Shown: positions 11,877-22,590 of the stretch, piece after piece | How the letters are laid out: each line of letters opens with the position of its first letter | How positions within the stretch are numbered: the first letter of the stretch is position 1 | Assembly: GCA_963777315.1 (NCBI GenBank) | Contig: CAVZQC010000002.1 | Span: forward strand, 512,001 to 576,000 | DNA: 64,000 nucleotides | Direction: 5' to 3' | Source: Vulcanimicrobiota bacterium | GTDB lineage: Bacteria > Vulcanimicrobiota > Vulcanimicrobiia > Vulcanimicrobiales > Vulcanimicrobiaceae | The notes under the pieces: generated by a model | The model's database searches: none | What the model was told of the DNA's origin: nothing | Seen by the model: the letters and a program-made list of their open reading frames with translations, nothing else | Position numbers and translations under genes: made by a program

Positions 11877-13376
11877 TTAGAAGCTCTTGTTGAATTCCGA
11901 GAGCGCCGCATCGAGCGATTGTTTGTTCTGGTCCGAAAGCTGACCGCTCTGGGCGATCGCCTGCGTCACGTCGGGGTGCTTGCTATGCAGGAAGGAGATG
12001 AAGCCGCGAGCCCAGTTCTGCAGGCGCGACGTTTCGACGCCGTTCACGAATCCTTTGGTCGCGCCGTAGAGGATCGCGACCTGATCTTCGTTGGCCATCG
12101 GCTGATATTGCGGCTGCTTGAGCAGTTCGGTGAGCTTTTCGCCTCGCATGAGTTGATTCTGCGTGGCTTTGTCCAGGTCGCTGGACAGCTTGGCGAACGC
12201 CGCCAAATCGCGGTACTGCGCCAGTTCGAGTTTGAGCTGACCGGCCACGCTCTTCATCGCTTTGGTTTGCGCCGAGCCGCCAACGCGTGAGACGGACAAT
12301 CCCACGTCTACCGCCGGACGAATGCCTTGGAAGAACAATTGGGGCGTCAAGTAGATTTGGCCGTCGGTGATAGAGACGACGTTGGTAGGAATGTACGCGG
12401 AAAAGTCGCCGGCCTGCGTTTCGATGATGGGCAGCGCCGTAAGCGAACCCCCACCCATGTCGTCCGAAAGTTTGGCCGCGCGTTCGAGCAAGCGCGAATG
12501 TAAGAAAAAGACGTCGCCCGGATAGGCTTCGCGGCCCGGCGGCCGGCGCAGCAAGAGCGCCATCTCGCGATACGACTGCGCGTGTTTGGTCAAATCGTCG
12601 TAGACGATCAGCACGTCTTTGCCCGCGAGCATGAGCTCTTCACCCATCGCGCAGCCGGCAAAGGGCGCAATCCAGCGCAGCGCCGCCGCGTCCGAAGGAC
12701 CGCAAGCGACGATCGTGGTGTATTCCATCGCGCCTTTTTGCTCGAGCGTCTGCGCCAGCGCTGCAACCGTAGAGCTCTTCTGGCCGATAGCGACGTACAC
12801 GCAGAAGACGTTCTTGCCTTTTTGGTTGATGATCGTGTCGATCGCGATGGCGGTTTTGCCGGTGCTGCGGTCGCCAATGATCAGCTCGCGCTGGCCCTTG
12901 CCGATCGGAATCAGCGCATCGATGGCGCGTATGCCCGTGAACAGCGGTTGCTTGACGGGCTGGCGCTGCACGACGCTGGGCGCCACGTTTTCGATCGTGC
13001 GGTAACGATGCGTTTGCACCTCGCCTTTGCCGTCGATCGGATTTCCCAGCGGGTCGACCACTCGCCCAAGCAGCGCCTGCCCGACGGGAACCGAAGCGAT
13101 GCGCCCGGTACGCCGAACTTTGTCGCCTTCTTTGACGTCCTCGTCGGAACCCATGATTGCCACGCCGACGTTGTCCTCTTCCAAACTGAGCGCCACGCCC
13201 TGAAGGCCGTTCGGAAATGCGACCAGTTCGGATGCGCGCACGGCCCGCAGCCCGTAAACGCGCGCAAGGTTAGCACCCACCTCGATGACCGTCCCGACCT
13301 CGTCCTCTTGGATTCCGGTGGTAACGCCTGCGATTTGCTGTTTGAGAATGCCGGCGATTTCGTCAACGTTGATCAT
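11877..13376 (-). CDS. atpA: ATP synthase F1 alpha subunit
   Basis: [35 protein letters not shown]. Confidence 0.97.
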   Translation of the reverse strand: MINVDEIAGILKQQIAGVTTGIQEDEVGTVIEVGANLARVYGLRAVRASELVAFPNGLQGVALSLEEDNVGVAIMGSDEDVKEGDKVRRTGRIASVPVGQALLGRVVDPLGNPIDGKGEVQTHRYRTIENVAPSVVQRQPVKQPLFTGIRAIDALIPIGKGQRELIIGDRSTGKTAIAIDTIINQKGKNVFCVYVAIGQKSSTVAALAQTLEQKGAMEYTTIVACGPSDAAALRWIAPFAGCAMGEELMLAGKDVLIVYDDLTKHAQSYREMALLLRRPPGREAYPGDVFFLHSRLLERAAKLSDDMGGGSLTALPIIETQAGDFSAYIPTNVVSITDGQIYLTPQLFFQGIRPAVDVGLSVSRVGGSAQTKAMKSVAGQLKLELAQYRDLAAFAKLSSDLDKATQNQLMRGEKLTELLKQPQYQPMANEDQVAILYGATKGFVNGVETSRLQNWARGFISFLHSKHPDVTQAIAQSGQLSDQNKQSLDAALSEFNKSF

Positions 13377-13388
13377 GGTTGTTCCTTA

Positions 13389-13934
13389 TCAATTCCGTGT
13401 GAAGAGTTTGCGCGCGAGTTCTTCCAGGCGGCCCTGGATCGAGCCGTCGACGAGCCGGTCGCCCATCGTGATTCGAACGCCGCCGATGAGGCTGGGATCC
13501 ACGTTTTGGGTGACGTCGAAAGTCGTCTTGTACACGCCCTGCAAGCGCGCCACCATGGCGCCGAGCTCTTGCGGCGAAAGCTCCTTGGCTGAGGTGATCG
13601 TCAGCGGCTGAGCTCCCCGCGACTGCATCTCGAGCGTTTCGTACTGCCGTACGATCTCGGGCAGCAGCGCTTCGCGCCGCTTGCGCACCAAGAGCAGCAG
13701 TGTATTGAGCGCGATGGCGCTCACCTTGCTCGACAGCGTCACGGAAAGCACGCCAATCTTCTGGCTGCGATCGACCACCGGCGAGAGAAAGAACTCTTTG
13801 GTGGACGCATCGGCGTACACCGCGCCGGACAGCACGCGCAGCTCCTCGCCGATCGACCGGACCGAATCGCTCTGGGCCGCAAGTTCGAAGACGGCCTGCG
13901 CGTAGCGTTTCGCCGCCGTTTCGTTGACGATCAT
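13389..13934 (-). CDS. atpH: ATP synthase delta subunit
   Basis: AKRYAQAVF, VDPSLIGG, VDGSI. Confidence 0.95.
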   Translation of the reverse strand: MIVNETAAKRYAQAVFELAAQSDSVRSIGEELRVLSGAVYADASTKEFFLSPVVDRSQKIGVLSVTLSSKVSAIALNTLLLLVRKRREALLPEIVRQYETLEMQSRGAQPLTITSAKELSPQELGAMVARLQGVYKTTFDVTQNVDPSLIGGVRITMGDRLVDGSIQGRLEELARKLFTRN

Positions 13935-14443
13935 ACGGGCGCATCCGCCGGACGAGCAGCCTCGCCGCTCTCGAGCGTTGAGAGAAAGGCGCCGACGAGC
14001 CGCTCGTTCGTCGCGGCATCGACGCGCTGCGCGGCGCGAGCGCGAGCGCGCCGCAGCGCCGAATCGAGCAGCTCGTCGCGCAGCGCCCGGCGCGCGTAGT
14101 AGCGCGCGCGTTCGAGCTCTCCGCCGGCACTTCGCACCGCGCGTTCGCCCTCTTCACGCGCTTCACGGACTATTGCCTCGCGCTCGGCGGCGGCCTGCGT
14201 TTCTACTCGCTCCTTAATGGCAGCCGCATCGCGCTGGGCGGCGGCCACTTCGCCTTGCAAACCGTCCAGGGCGGCTCTGGCCTCGTCGCGCCGGCGTTCG
14301 GCCTGCGCGAGTTGAGCGTTGGCGTTTTGCTGAGCGGCGACGACGGCCGGCTGAATGAACTTGATCCAAATCCAAATGATTGCCGCGACGAAAAGTACCG
14401 CCGAAGCGACTTGGCTGTATTGCGCTATCGCTTCGTAGTTCAT
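13931..14443 (-). CDS. atpF: ATP synthase F0 subunit b
   Basis: Single N-terminal TM plus Ala/Glu/Arg coiled coil; operon position. Confidence 0.85.
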   Translation of the reverse strand: MNYEAIAQYSQVASAVLFVAAIIWIWIKFIQPAVVAAQQNANAQLAQAERRRDEARAALDGLQGEVAAAQRDAAAIKERVETQAAAEREAIVREAREEGERAVRSAGGELERARYYARRALRDELLDSALRRARARAAQRVDAATNERLVGAFLSTLESGEAARPADAPV

Positions 14444-14871
14444 GAAGCTTGCTCTGAGAAGGCGCGCTCGACCATGAGGCCGGCCAGTTCGTTCACGACG
14501 GGCTCTCCGCAGGCACGCGCGGCAGCGACCTCGGCGGCGACGGCGCGGTCGGCGTCTTGGAACGTTTGCGCAACGCGTTCATTGTATTGCGTCGACAGCT
14601 TCGCCGACTCATCGGAAGCTGCGGCCCGCGCCTTGGCAAGATGCGTTTCGGCGGCGCGGCGAGCGGCGGCGCGTACGCTCTCGGCCTGAGCTCGCAGCGA
14701 CGTGGCCTCGGCTTGATAGCGATCGTAGTCGTTCGTAACGCTGTTGATGTACCGGCGGCGCTCGACGATCGCTTTACCGACGGGCCGAATGAAGACCACG
14801 TTCAACAGCGCGAAAAAGATCGCGAAGTTGATCAGTTGTACGACAAACGTTCCGTCGATTTTTAGGAACAT
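14440..14871 (-). CDS. atpF: ATP synthase F0 subunit b' (second b-type subunit)
   Basis: DGTFVVQLINFAIFFALLNVVFIRPV...ERR then coiled coil. Confidence 0.88.
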   Translation of the reverse strand: MFLKIDGTFVVQLINFAIFFALLNVVFIRPVGKAIVERRRYINSVTNDYDRYQAEATSLRAQAESVRAAARRAAETHLAKARAAASDESAKLSTQYNERVAQTFQDADRAVAAEVAAARACGEPVVNELAGLMVERAFSEQAS

Positions 14872-14888
14872 GCAATCGTGCTTTCGGT

Positions 14889-15167
14889 TTAGGGATGCAG
14901 CCCAGTAAGCAGCTTGGGCACGTTGGCAACGACGAGCAGCACGTAGAACGCCAGGCCGAGCGCGATAATCGGAAACGCTTCCAGAATACCGACGCCCAAA
15001 AGCAGGAACAGGAAAATATTGGGCCGCGCTTCAGGCTGACGGGCTATCGATTCGACGGCCTTGCTGGCAACGATGCCGTCACCGATCGCTGAACCGAACG
15101 CTACCCCGGCTATGATGATGCCGAAGGCCAGCAGTGTGAAGGCGGCGATTAACGCTTCAGAGTTCAA
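14889..15167 (-). CDS. atpE: ATP synthase F0 subunit c
   Basis: ARQPEA loop, LEAFP proton-binding Glu; TTG start after GAGG RBS. Confidence 0.95.
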   Translation of the reverse strand: MNSEALIAAFTLLAFGIIIAGVAFGSAIGDGIVASKAVESIARQPEARPNIFLFLLLGVGILEAFPIIALGLAFYVLLVVANVPKLLTGLHP

Positions 15168-15190
15168 AAGGGGCACCTCTCTTGGAGCAT

Positions 15191-15922
15191 CTAGTGATTT
15201 TCGGAAACGGCCAACGACATATAGACTATCGCCAGCAAAGTAAAGATCAGCGCCTGGATCGTTCCTACGAAAAAGTTGAAGAACTGAATGAAAAACGGTA
15301 CCACCGTAACGGCAAGTGAAAGATTCACGGGGCCGATCATCACTTTGGCCGTGATAATCGATGCAATGATGATGAACAGCAGCTCTCCGACGAAGATATT
15401 GAAGAACAAACGCGCCGCCAGCGTTATGGGGCGCGCCATCTCCTCGATAACATTGATGGGGGTCAGAAGCCAAAACGGTTGAAAGATATGCAGGAAATAC
15501 CTAGGCCCTTTTCGCCGTATCGCCACCACTTGAATCAGCAGCCAAACCATCAGTGCGTATGCGACTGTGGTATTCAAGTCTGCCGTGGGCGAGCCGCCGA
15601 ATGGAGTGTTGAACGCTTTGAGGGGCAAAAAGCCGAACTGGTTGAGCAAAAAGATGAAGAGGAACAGCGCGATAAAGAACGGTACGAACGGTTCCCCCTG
15701 CTCGCCAAGCACGCCGGTCGTCAGGTCCGCGATGTAGTTGATGACCCCTTCGATAACCGCTTGGCGTTTGGTTACGCGCGCGGAGCGATAGCTCGCACCG
15801 ACCCAGGCAAAAAAGGCAAGCGCGACGACCATGACGATCCAGGTCGTCACGATCGTATCCGAATGCACGACGCCCAGCACCGGCCAGTGCCAGGTGAAGT
15901 GCTCGCCTATCTTTTCCTGCAC
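15191..15922 (-). CDS. atpB: ATP synthase F0 subunit a
   Basis: SPTADLN, RPITLAARLFFNI, IQALIFTLLAIVY. Confidence 0.95.
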   Translation of the reverse strand: MQEKIGEHFTWHWPVLGVVHSDTIVTTWIVMVVALAFFAWVGASYRSARVTKRQAVIEGVINYIADLTTGVLGEQGEPFVPFFIALFLFIFLLNQFGFLPLKAFNTPFGGSPTADLNTTVAYALMVWLLIQVVAIRRKGPRYFLHIFQPFWLLTPINVIEEMARPITLAARLFFNIFVGELLFIIIASIITAKVMIGPVNLSLAVTVVPFFIQFFNFFVGTIQALIFTLLAIVYMSLAVSENH

Positions 15923-15939
15923 GCACGCCCCATTTTAAA

Positions 15940-16371
15940 TTAGCCGCTCGGACGCTCCCGAAGGGCGATCACACCCGAGAGCACGAGCGGCATAAAGAAG
16001 CCGATAAAGTAGCATCCCAACGTCCATAGCGACGGCACGCGAACCGCCAGCAACACAGGCACTATACCGAACAGCCCGATTCTGACAAAACTACTTAAGA
16101 CGAACGCGGCGACGCTGCGACGCTCCAGCAGACGCTCGTTGCCGTGCGCCGCAAGCAACAGATTGATTATTCCGGCGGCAGCCCCGACGGCCAGACAGAT
16201 CGAGTACCACCCGTTCCAGGCCGCGAGCGGCCCGGCTGCGACTACGACCAGAACGAGCGTACCGCCCGCGGCAACGCGCTTTAACCGCAGGTAGAACGCC
16301 AGGTCCGTCGAGGCGCTGTAACTACGGCGAGGGGGGAGGCTTTCCTCCCGTCGGTCGCCGCCGGTATTCAC
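15940..16371 (-). CDS. AtpI-like four-TM membrane protein
   Basis: Hydrophobic 4-helix ORF directly upstream of atpB; GTGA overlap with the wecB stop. Confidence 0.65.
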   Translation of the reverse strand: MNTGGDRREESLPPRRSYSASTDLAFYLRLKRVAAGGTLVLVVVAAGPLAAWNGWYSICLAVGAAAGIINLLLAAHGNERLLERRSVAAFVLSSFVRIGLFGIVPVLLAVRVPSLWTLGCYFIGFFMPLVLSGVIALRERPSG

Positions 16372-17528
16372 GCCGTGCCGGCGACTGTAAACGGCTGTGG
16401 ATACGGACCGCCGCGCATTCGCGCGAGCAGCCAAGCAACGACGCGCTCCGCGGCTGCGCCGTCGCCGTACGGGTTGGCCGCTTTTGCCATGCGGCCGAAG
16501 TGTGACGGGTCCGTCAAAAGCCGCTCGGCGGCTCGAACGATGCGCTCGCGGTCGTGACCCACGAGCTCGAGCGTTCCGGCTTTGACGCCTTCGGGGCGTT
16601 CGGTTTGCTCGCGCATGACCAGAACGGGTTTGCTCAAGCAGGGCGCTTCCTCTTGAATGCCGCCCGAATCGGTCAGCACGAACGTGCAGTTGCGCACGGC
16701 GAACACCATCTGGGCGTAGTCGAGCGGATCGTCCAGCACGACGCCGGCTTGCGATCCCAGTATCGCGTATGCGAGCGGGCGCACGCGCGGCGAGGGATGC
16801 ACGGGCCAGACGATCTGCGGACCCATGGGCAGCTGCGCGACGTCGCGCAACGCCTCGCACATCTCGCGCATGTGCGGATGGTTTTCGCGCCGGTGCGCGG
16901 TGACCACCACGATCGGCTTGTCGGGGTTCAAACGATCCCACCCCGGCGGTGGGGGAAGATCGGCGCGGCCGGCGGTTTGCATGAATGCGTCGATCACGGT
17001 ATTGCCCGTCACCACGATGTTCTCGTCCGCCACGTGCTCCTGCAGCAGATGATCGCGCGCGAGCGCCGTGGGCGCAAAATGATACTGCGCGACGGTGCCG
17101 GTCAGGCGCCGGTTCATCTCTTCGGGAAACGGCAGCCACGGATCGCCGGTACGCAGCCCGGCCTCGACGTGACCGACGGGGATCTGCCGGTAAAACGCCG
17201 CCAATGCGGCTGCGGTGCTGGTCGTCGTATCGCCGTGCACGAGCACGACGTCGGGCTGCGCAGCCTTGAGCACGCCTTCCATGCCGATCAGCACGCGCGT
17301 CGTGATGTCGGTCAGTGTTTGATCGGGGGTCATGATGTTGAGATCGAAGTCCGGGCGAATCTCGAACAGCGCGAGCAGGTCGTCGAGCATTTCACGATGC
17401 TGAGCCGTCACGCAGACGATGCTGCGAATGTGCGCCCGGCGTCCCAGCGCATGCACCACGGGCGCCATTTTGATCGTGTCCGGCCGCGTGCCGAACACCG
17501 ACATCACGGTTAGCGGCGCAGTCGACAC
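16368..17528 (-). CDS. wecB: UDP-N-acetylglucosamine 2-epimerase (non-hydrolysing)
   Basis: FGTRP, TAQHREML, VHGDTT, HVEAGLRT, TDSGGIQEEA, NPYGDG. Confidence 0.96.
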   Translation of the reverse strand: MSTAPLTVMSVFGTRPDTIKMAPVVHALGRRAHIRSIVCVTAQHREMLDDLLALFEIRPDFDLNIMTPDQTLTDITTRVLIGMEGVLKAAQPDVVLVHGDTTTSTAAALAAFYRQIPVGHVEAGLRTGDPWLPFPEEMNRRLTGTVAQYHFAPTALARDHLLQEHVADENIVVTGNTVIDAFMQTAGRADLPPPPGWDRLNPDKPIVVVTAHRRENHPHMREMCEALRDVAQLPMGPQIVWPVHPSPRVRPLAYAILGSQAGVVLDDPLDYAQMVFAVRNCTFVLTDSGGIQEEAPCLSKPVLVMREQTERPEGVKAGTLELVGHDRERIVRAAERLLTDPSHFGRMAKAANPYGDGAAAERVVAWLLARMRGGPYPQPFTVAGTA

Positions 17529-17529
17529 G

Positions 17530-18576
17530 TCAGGCTCGAACGAACGCGTGAAAGCCGCCGGCCAGAAACAGCGCGACCGCGCCCAGAACGATGCAAATGG
17601 CGTAGATCAGCAGCACGGCCTGGCGAACGTTGAGCCCGTAGCGGAAGATGAGTTGGTGGTGGAAATGCCCGCGATCCGCCTGCGTGATCTTTTTCCCCGA
17701 TCGCGCTCGCCGGTAGATCGCAGCGGCCGTATCGAGGATCGGCAAGGCCAGCACGACCAGCGGTGCGATGAGGCCTACCGCAATAGCGGTTTTGCTGGTA
17801 CCCATGATCGCCACCGTCGCAAAGACGTATCCGATGAACAGCGAGCCGGTATCGCCCAAAATGATGCGCGCCGGATTGAAATTGTACGGCAAGAATCCCA
17901 GCGCCGCGCCGGCCAGCGTAATGACGACCAGTCCGACTACCGGATTGTCCTTGGTCATCGCGATCGCAAACAGGAAGATGCACGAAATCGCCGTGAAGCC
18001 CGAAAGCAGCCCGTCCAATCCGTCGATGAAATTGATCGCGTTGAGCATGCCCAGGTACCACAGCAGCGTTACCGGCACGCTGAACCACAGCGGGAAGTCC
18101 ACGTATTGATGCGTGATCGGGTTTTGAATACCCGAAATAAGGAACCCGTAGATCATCGAAATGCCGGCGACGACGATCTGCGCGGCAAATTTGTAACGCG
18201 GACGCATTCCCATGATGTCGTCCCAGAGTCCGACGCCCAGGATGAGCATGCTGCCGAAAAGCAAGCCGACCAAATTATGAGCTGCGGCGAGTTGATCGCG
18301 CAGTTGCTCGCGCAGCGATTCGTGCGGATCGACCGGAAAGAACCCGTGCACGTGGCTGAGCGCTATTCCCAGCACCGCAAACAGTGCGAACGCGAACCCG
18401 AAAAACACCGCGATGCCCCCGATGCGCGGCTTGGGCACCTCGTGCATTCGCCGGTCGCCGACGTCGTCGATCATGCCGACGTGGTGCGCCAGGCGCACGA
18501 CGAACGGCGTGAGGATCGTCGATGCGACGGCCGCCAGCGCAAAGCCCGAAATATAAAGGTAGATCGGGGCCGTCAT
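17530..18576 (-). CDS. Undecaprenyl-phosphate GlcNAc-1-phosphate transferase (WecA/TagO, MraY family)
   Basis: PRIGG, GLWDD, NAINFIDGLDGL, YNFNPARIILGDTGS, DRGHFHH. Confidence 0.92.
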   Translation of the reverse strand: MTAPIYLYISGFALAAVASTILTPFVVRLAHHVGMIDDVGDRRMHEVPKPRIGGIAVFFGFAFALFAVLGIALSHVHGFFPVDPHESLREQLRDQLAAAHNLVGLLFGSMLILGVGLWDDIMGMRPRYKFAAQIVVAGISMIYGFLISGIQNPITHQYVDFPLWFSVPVTLLWYLGMLNAINFIDGLDGLLSGFTAISCIFLFAIAMTKDNPVVGLVVITLAGAALGFLPYNFNPARIILGDTGSLFIGYVFATVAIMGTSKTAIAVGLIAPLVVLALPILDTAAAIYRRARSGKKITQADRGHFHHQLIFRYGLNVRQAVLLIYAICIVLGAVALFLAGGFHAFVRA

Positions 18577-19013
18577 CGAGTGCCGGCGCCCGTCAAGCCG
18601 GCGAACGGCACGAGCCCAACGCCGGCTTCGGCAAGCAATTCCTGCGCCAGCGGGTCGGGGTAGGCGGTGTCGTAAACGATTTTGCTCACTCCCGCGCTGA
18701 TCAGCAGTTTGGTGCAGTTCACGCATGGCTGATGCGTGCAGTATGCACTGGAACCGCGGATCGAAACGCCGTGCAGTGCCGCTTGAACGATCGCATTGGC
18801 TTCGGCGTGCGTCGCCCGCATGCAGTGGTCGGCAACCAGCGTGCAGCCGACCTGCGAGCAGTGCGCGACGCCGCGCGGCGCGCCGTTGTAGCCGGTGGTG
18901 AGGAGGCGATGCTCGCGCACGATCACGGCGCCGACCGACGCCCGCGGGCAGGTTGCGCGGGTGGCCACCGTGCGGGCGATCTGCATGAAATACTCGTCCC
19001 AGCCCGGCCGCAT
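18573..19013 (-). CDS. dCMP deaminase / ComEB family
   Basis: WDEYFM, TGYNG, HAEANA, PCVNC zinc motifs. Confidence 0.92.
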   Translation of the reverse strand: MRPGWDEYFMQIARTVATRATCPRASVGAVIVREHRLLTTGYNGAPRGVAHCSQVGCTLVADHCMRATHAEANAIVQAALHGVSIRGSSAYCTHQPCVNCTKLLISAGVSKIVYDTAYPDPLAQELLAEAGVGLVPFAGLTGAGTR

Positions 19014-19039
19014 CCCCAGCCCTTCGATGCCGACCCCGT

Positions 19040-19708
19040 TTACGGCCTGGGCCGCACGGCTACCGGCACCGAGCTCGTGCTTCCGAACATCCGATCTCCG
19101 GCGTCACCCAAGCCCGGCACGATGTATCCATGACCGTTCAAGCGTTCGTCCAAGCAGCCCGTGACGATCCGCACGTCCGGATGCGCGCGGTGAATGGTGT
19201 GCACGCCTTCCGGGGCGGCGATCAAACTGATGAACGTCAGTTCGGCTGCGCCGCGGCTTGCCAACGCGTCGAGCGCCGCCGCGCCCGAATTTCCCGTAGC
19301 CAGCATCGGATCGAGCACGAAGACGTGCCGCTCCGAAAGATCGTCGGGCAGATTCGCATAGTACGCAACCGGCAAAAGCGTCTGCGGATCGCGATAGAAG
19401 CCCAGATGCGCGACGTCGGCATCGTCGATGACGTCCAAAAATCCCGGCAGCAAACCCAATCCGGCGCGCAGAATCGGCGCGGCGACGGGACGCTGCGCAA
19501 TGCGCTGTGCCGTCATGGCCGCGATCGGCGTGGTCACCTGCTGATTGCGCAGCGGCAACCGGCGCGTCGCCTCGTACGCCAAAAACGCGCCGACCTCTTC
19601 GATCAGCTTGCGGAAGACCGGCGTGGGCGTGTCGCGATCGCGCAGGCGCGCGAGCCGATCGAGCACCGCCGGATGATCGACGACCTGCAGATGTGCGCCG
19701 GAGCTCAT
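19040..19708 (-). CDS. upp: Uracil phosphoribosyltransferase
   Basis: PILRAGLG, VLDPMLATGNS, YIVPGLGDAGDR. Confidence 0.96.
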   Translation of the reverse strand: MSSGAHLQVVDHPAVLDRLARLRDRDTPTPVFRKLIEEVGAFLAYEATRRLPLRNQQVTTPIAAMTAQRIAQRPVAAPILRAGLGLLPGFLDVIDDADVAHLGFYRDPQTLLPVAYYANLPDDLSERHVFVLDPMLATGNSGAAALDALASRGAAELTFISLIAAPEGVHTIHRAHPDVRIVTGCLDERLNGHGYIVPGLGDAGDRMFGSTSSVPVAVRPRP

Positions 19709-20532
19709 AGGTTCTTGAACGCAAGCATTTCCATTGCGTCTTCGCGGTTTCCGTCACAACTTATGCGGCGTGGAGCCGAGATCGTATCAACATGGAACCC
19801 GAGACGCCGGTAGAGTCTTTTCATGCGTGAAGTTGCTTGATTTGAGGCAACGACCGGTCCGCGGTGGTCCTTTAACCAGTTTGCCAGGCGCTGCTGATCG
19901 TTCCAGTCGAAGCCGCCGGCGGAATAGGACGTAAATTCCACGTCGTACGGAGGGTCGGCGTATATGAAGTCGCCGTCTGCCGGAATAACGCTCTCGAAGT
20001 CTCCATGCGAAAACGTGTAGCGTTGAAGGGCCGACCGGTATTCTTCAAACCGTTCCCGGTATACGATTTTCTTGTAGCGGCCGAACGGAACGTTGAAGAA
20101 TCCCGCGCTATTGAACCGGCACAGCCCGTTGAATCCCGTCCTGTTCAAATAATAGAACAGCATGGCTGCCTCTGCACTGTCGCAAGTGCCCGTCGCGATC
20201 AGTTCGTTGAACCGCGCTCGATACCGACCGTAGACGTCGCGATTATTATGCCCCGGCGTAAGCGGCAAGCCGATTGCGCGTGGGTCCAAGCCGCGCTGCA
20301 GCCAGCGATAGAACTCAATCAAGTGGCGGTTCGCGTCATGCAGCAGCGCAGCTCGGGGGCGCAGGCCAAGCACCATGGCCAACCCTCCCACGAAGGGCTC
20401 CAGAAGCCGCCGGTGTTCGTGCTTGCCCCAAATCGGCAGAAGATGAGGAACCAGCCACCGCTTTCCGCCCGCCCACTTTAGCGGAGGCTGCAGAACGAGC
20501 GCACCGGCGGGTCCGGCAGCTGACGGCCACAT
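19705..20532 (-). CDS. Dam-family (D12 class) N6-adenine DNA methyltransferase, orphan
   Basis: LKWAGGK, EPFVGG (motif I), YYLNRTGFNGLCRFN, NVPFGRY, YADPPY (motif IV); start uncertain (20530/20532/20580). Confidence 0.92.
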   Translation of the reverse strand: MWPSAAGPAGALVLQPPLKWAGGKRWLVPHLLPIWGKHEHRRLLEPFVGGLAMVLGLRPRAALLHDANRHLIEFYRWLQRGLDPRAIGLPLTPGHNNRDVYGRYRARFNELIATGTCDSAEAAMLFYYLNRTGFNGLCRFNSAGFFNVPFGRYKKIVYRERFEEYRSALQRYTFSHGDFESVIPADGDFIYADPPYDVEFTSYSAGGFDWNDQQRLANWLKDHRGPVVASNQATSRMKRLYRRLGFHVDTISAPRRISCDGNREDAMEMLAFKNL

Positions 20533-20581
20533 GCCGTCCCCATGCGAAAACGTCGGAGTCGTCACGAAAGCGAACGACACG

Positions 20582-21829
20582 CTAAGGAACGTCGAAACGG
20601 CCGGTGAGCTCGCGCACGCGTCCGCGCAGCTGCTCGATCTTCACGCGGCCGGCGATGTCGTCAAGGCCTTCGCAAATGATGCGCGCAACCTGCACGCATT
20701 CGTCTTCGCCGAAGCCGCGCGTCGTGATGGCGGGCGTTCCGATGCGCACGCCGCTGGCCACCATCGGCTTTTGCCGATCGTACGGAATCGCGTTCTTGTT
20801 CACGGTAATGCCGATTTCGTCCAAATACGCCTCGGCGGCCTTGCCGGTAAGGCCCTTGACCGAGACGTCGACGAGCATGAGATGCGTGTCCGTGCCGCCG
20901 CCCACCAGGCGCAGCCCCTGTCGCGTGAACTCCTGCGCCATCACTTGGGCGTTGCGAACGACCTGCTGTTGATACGCTTTGAACGGCGCCGAGAGCGCCT
21001 CCGCGAACGAAACGGCCTTGGCGGCGATCATGTGCATGAACGGGCCGCCTTGGATCCCGGGAAACATCGATTTGTCGAGCGCTTGCGCCCACTGCTGGGT
21101 GCAGAGCACCAGTCCGCCGCGCGGCCCGCGCAGCGTCTTGTGGGTGGTCGAGGTGATGAAGTCGGCATGCGGCACCGGAGATGCGTGCAGGCCGGTTGCA
21201 ACCAAACCGGCGATATGCGCCATGTCCACCATGAACACGGCGCCGATCTCGTCGGCGATTTCGCGGAACGGCGCGTATTCCATCGTGCGCGGATAGGCGC
21301 TCGCGCCCGCAATGATCATCTTGGGCCTGTGCTCGCGCGCCAGCTCGCGAACCTGATCGAAGTCGATGAGTTCGGTGTCCTTGCGCACCCCGTACGCAAT
21401 TGCGTTATACAGCTTGCCGCTGAAGCTGACTTTGGTTCCGTGCGTGAGATGGCCGCCGTGCGCGAGCGACATGCCCAGCACGGTGTCGCCCGGCTGCAGC
21501 ACCGCCATGAAGACGGCCATGTTGGCCTGTGCCCCCGCATGCGCTTGCACGTTGGCATGATCGGCGCCGAACAATCGTTTCAGCCGCTCGATGGCCAGGT
21601 TTTCCGCAACGTCGACGTATTCGCATCCGCCGTAGTACCGTTTGCCGGGATACCCTTCGGCGTACTTATTGGTCATGATGCAGCCCATCGCTTCACGAAC
21701 CGCTTTGCTCGCGTAGTTCTCAGAAGCTATCAGCTCGAGATTCTCGCGCTGGCGCCGGTCCTCGTTGCGGATCGCTTCGAAGATCTCGGGATCTTCGGCT
21801 TCGATATGCGTCGGGGTCAAAATTTCCAT
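20582..21829 (-). CDS. glyA: Serine hydroxymethyltransferase
   Basis: [42 protein letters not shown]. Confidence 0.97.
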   Translation of the reverse strand: MEILTPTHIEAEDPEIFEAIRNEDRRQRENLELIASENYASKAVREAMGCIMTNKYAEGYPGKRYYGGCEYVDVAENLAIERLKRLFGADHANVQAHAGAQANMAVFMAVLQPGDTVLGMSLAHGGHLTHGTKVSFSGKLYNAIAYGVRKDTELIDFDQVRELAREHRPKMIIAGASAYPRTMEYAPFREIADEIGAVFMVDMAHIAGLVATGLHASPVPHADFITSTTHKTLRGPRGGLVLCTQQWAQALDKSMFPGIQGGPFMHMIAAKAVSFAEALSAPFKAYQQQVVRNAQVMAQEFTRQGLRLVGGGTDTHLMLVDVSVKGLTGKAAEAYLDEIGITVNKNAIPYDRQKPMVASGVRIGTPAITTRGFGEDECVQVARIICEGLDDIAGRVKIEQLRGRVRELTGRFDVP

Positions 21830-21833
21830 GACG

Positions 21834-22019
21834 TCACCACCATGAGTTCGAGTAATCTTGACGAACGAGTTTGCGCAAAGCGCTGAGCGCAACCACTGCC
21901 ATGATAGCTGCCAGTATCCACGCGAAAACGCTGTGCCCGCGAAGTCCCGCATAGACGTCGTATCCGCACACCAATGCGGATACCAGCAAGACGAATACCA
22001 ACCCGTTGCGCGTGTTCAT
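21834..22019 (-). CDS. Small two-TM hypothetical membrane protein
   Basis: 61 aa with two hydrophobic segments; exactly fills the rpiB-glyA gap. Confidence 0.6.
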   Translation of the reverse strand: MNTRNGLVFVLLVSALVCGYDVYAGLRGHSVFAWILAAIMAVVALSALRKLVRQDYSNSWW

Positions 22020-22023
22020 GCGG

Positions 22024-22548
22024 TCAAACCGGCGCTTGGACGAGATCGCGCGGCGTCTGCGCGTCGGACACGCTTCCGGTTTCGATTGCTTTGAGCGTGC
22101 GGGCGCGCTGCGCGTCGTTGTAGTCGAACAATTGCTCGACGCGATACGCGTGCCGCCCGCCGGAGGCGGGCGTCTTCAAAAACACGTCGATCAATCGAAC
22201 GATCATGTCCCAACCGGTCAGCCGCTCGGAGAGCGCTATGACGTTGGCGTCGTTGTGCCGGCGCGCGAGCTCGGTCATGAGCGGTTCGAAAACTGCCGCG
22301 CAGCGAACGCCGGGAACTTTGTTGGCCGCCATCGCTATGCCCAAGCTCGAGCCGCACACGACCACGCCGCGCTGCGCCTGCCCGCCCGCAACGGCTTCGC
22401 CGACGGCAAAGCCGTACTGCGGATAATCGACCGGCGTTTCATCGCACGTTCCGTAATCGAGAATCGTGTGGCCTCCATCACGCAGCAGCTGCGCGAGGCG
22501 ATCTTTGACCTCGAAACCGGCATGATCGGCTGCGATTGCGATATTCAT
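22024..22548 (-). CDS. rpiB: Ribose-5-phosphate isomerase B
   Basis: ADHAG, VDYP, CGSSLG, ANKVPG, RHNDAN, GGRHAYR. Confidence 0.93.
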   Translation of the reverse strand: MNIAIAADHAGFEVKDRLAQLLRDGGHTILDYGTCDETPVDYPQYGFAVGEAVAGGQAQRGVVVCGSSLGIAMAANKVPGVRCAAVFEPLMTELARRHNDANVIALSERLTGWDMIVRLIDVFLKTPASGGRHAYRVEQLFDYNDAQRARTLKAIETGSVSDAQTPRDLVQAPV

Positions 22549-22590
22549 TCGAGCGCAGGGCCTCCAACTGAGCGGTCGAAACGGACGCCG

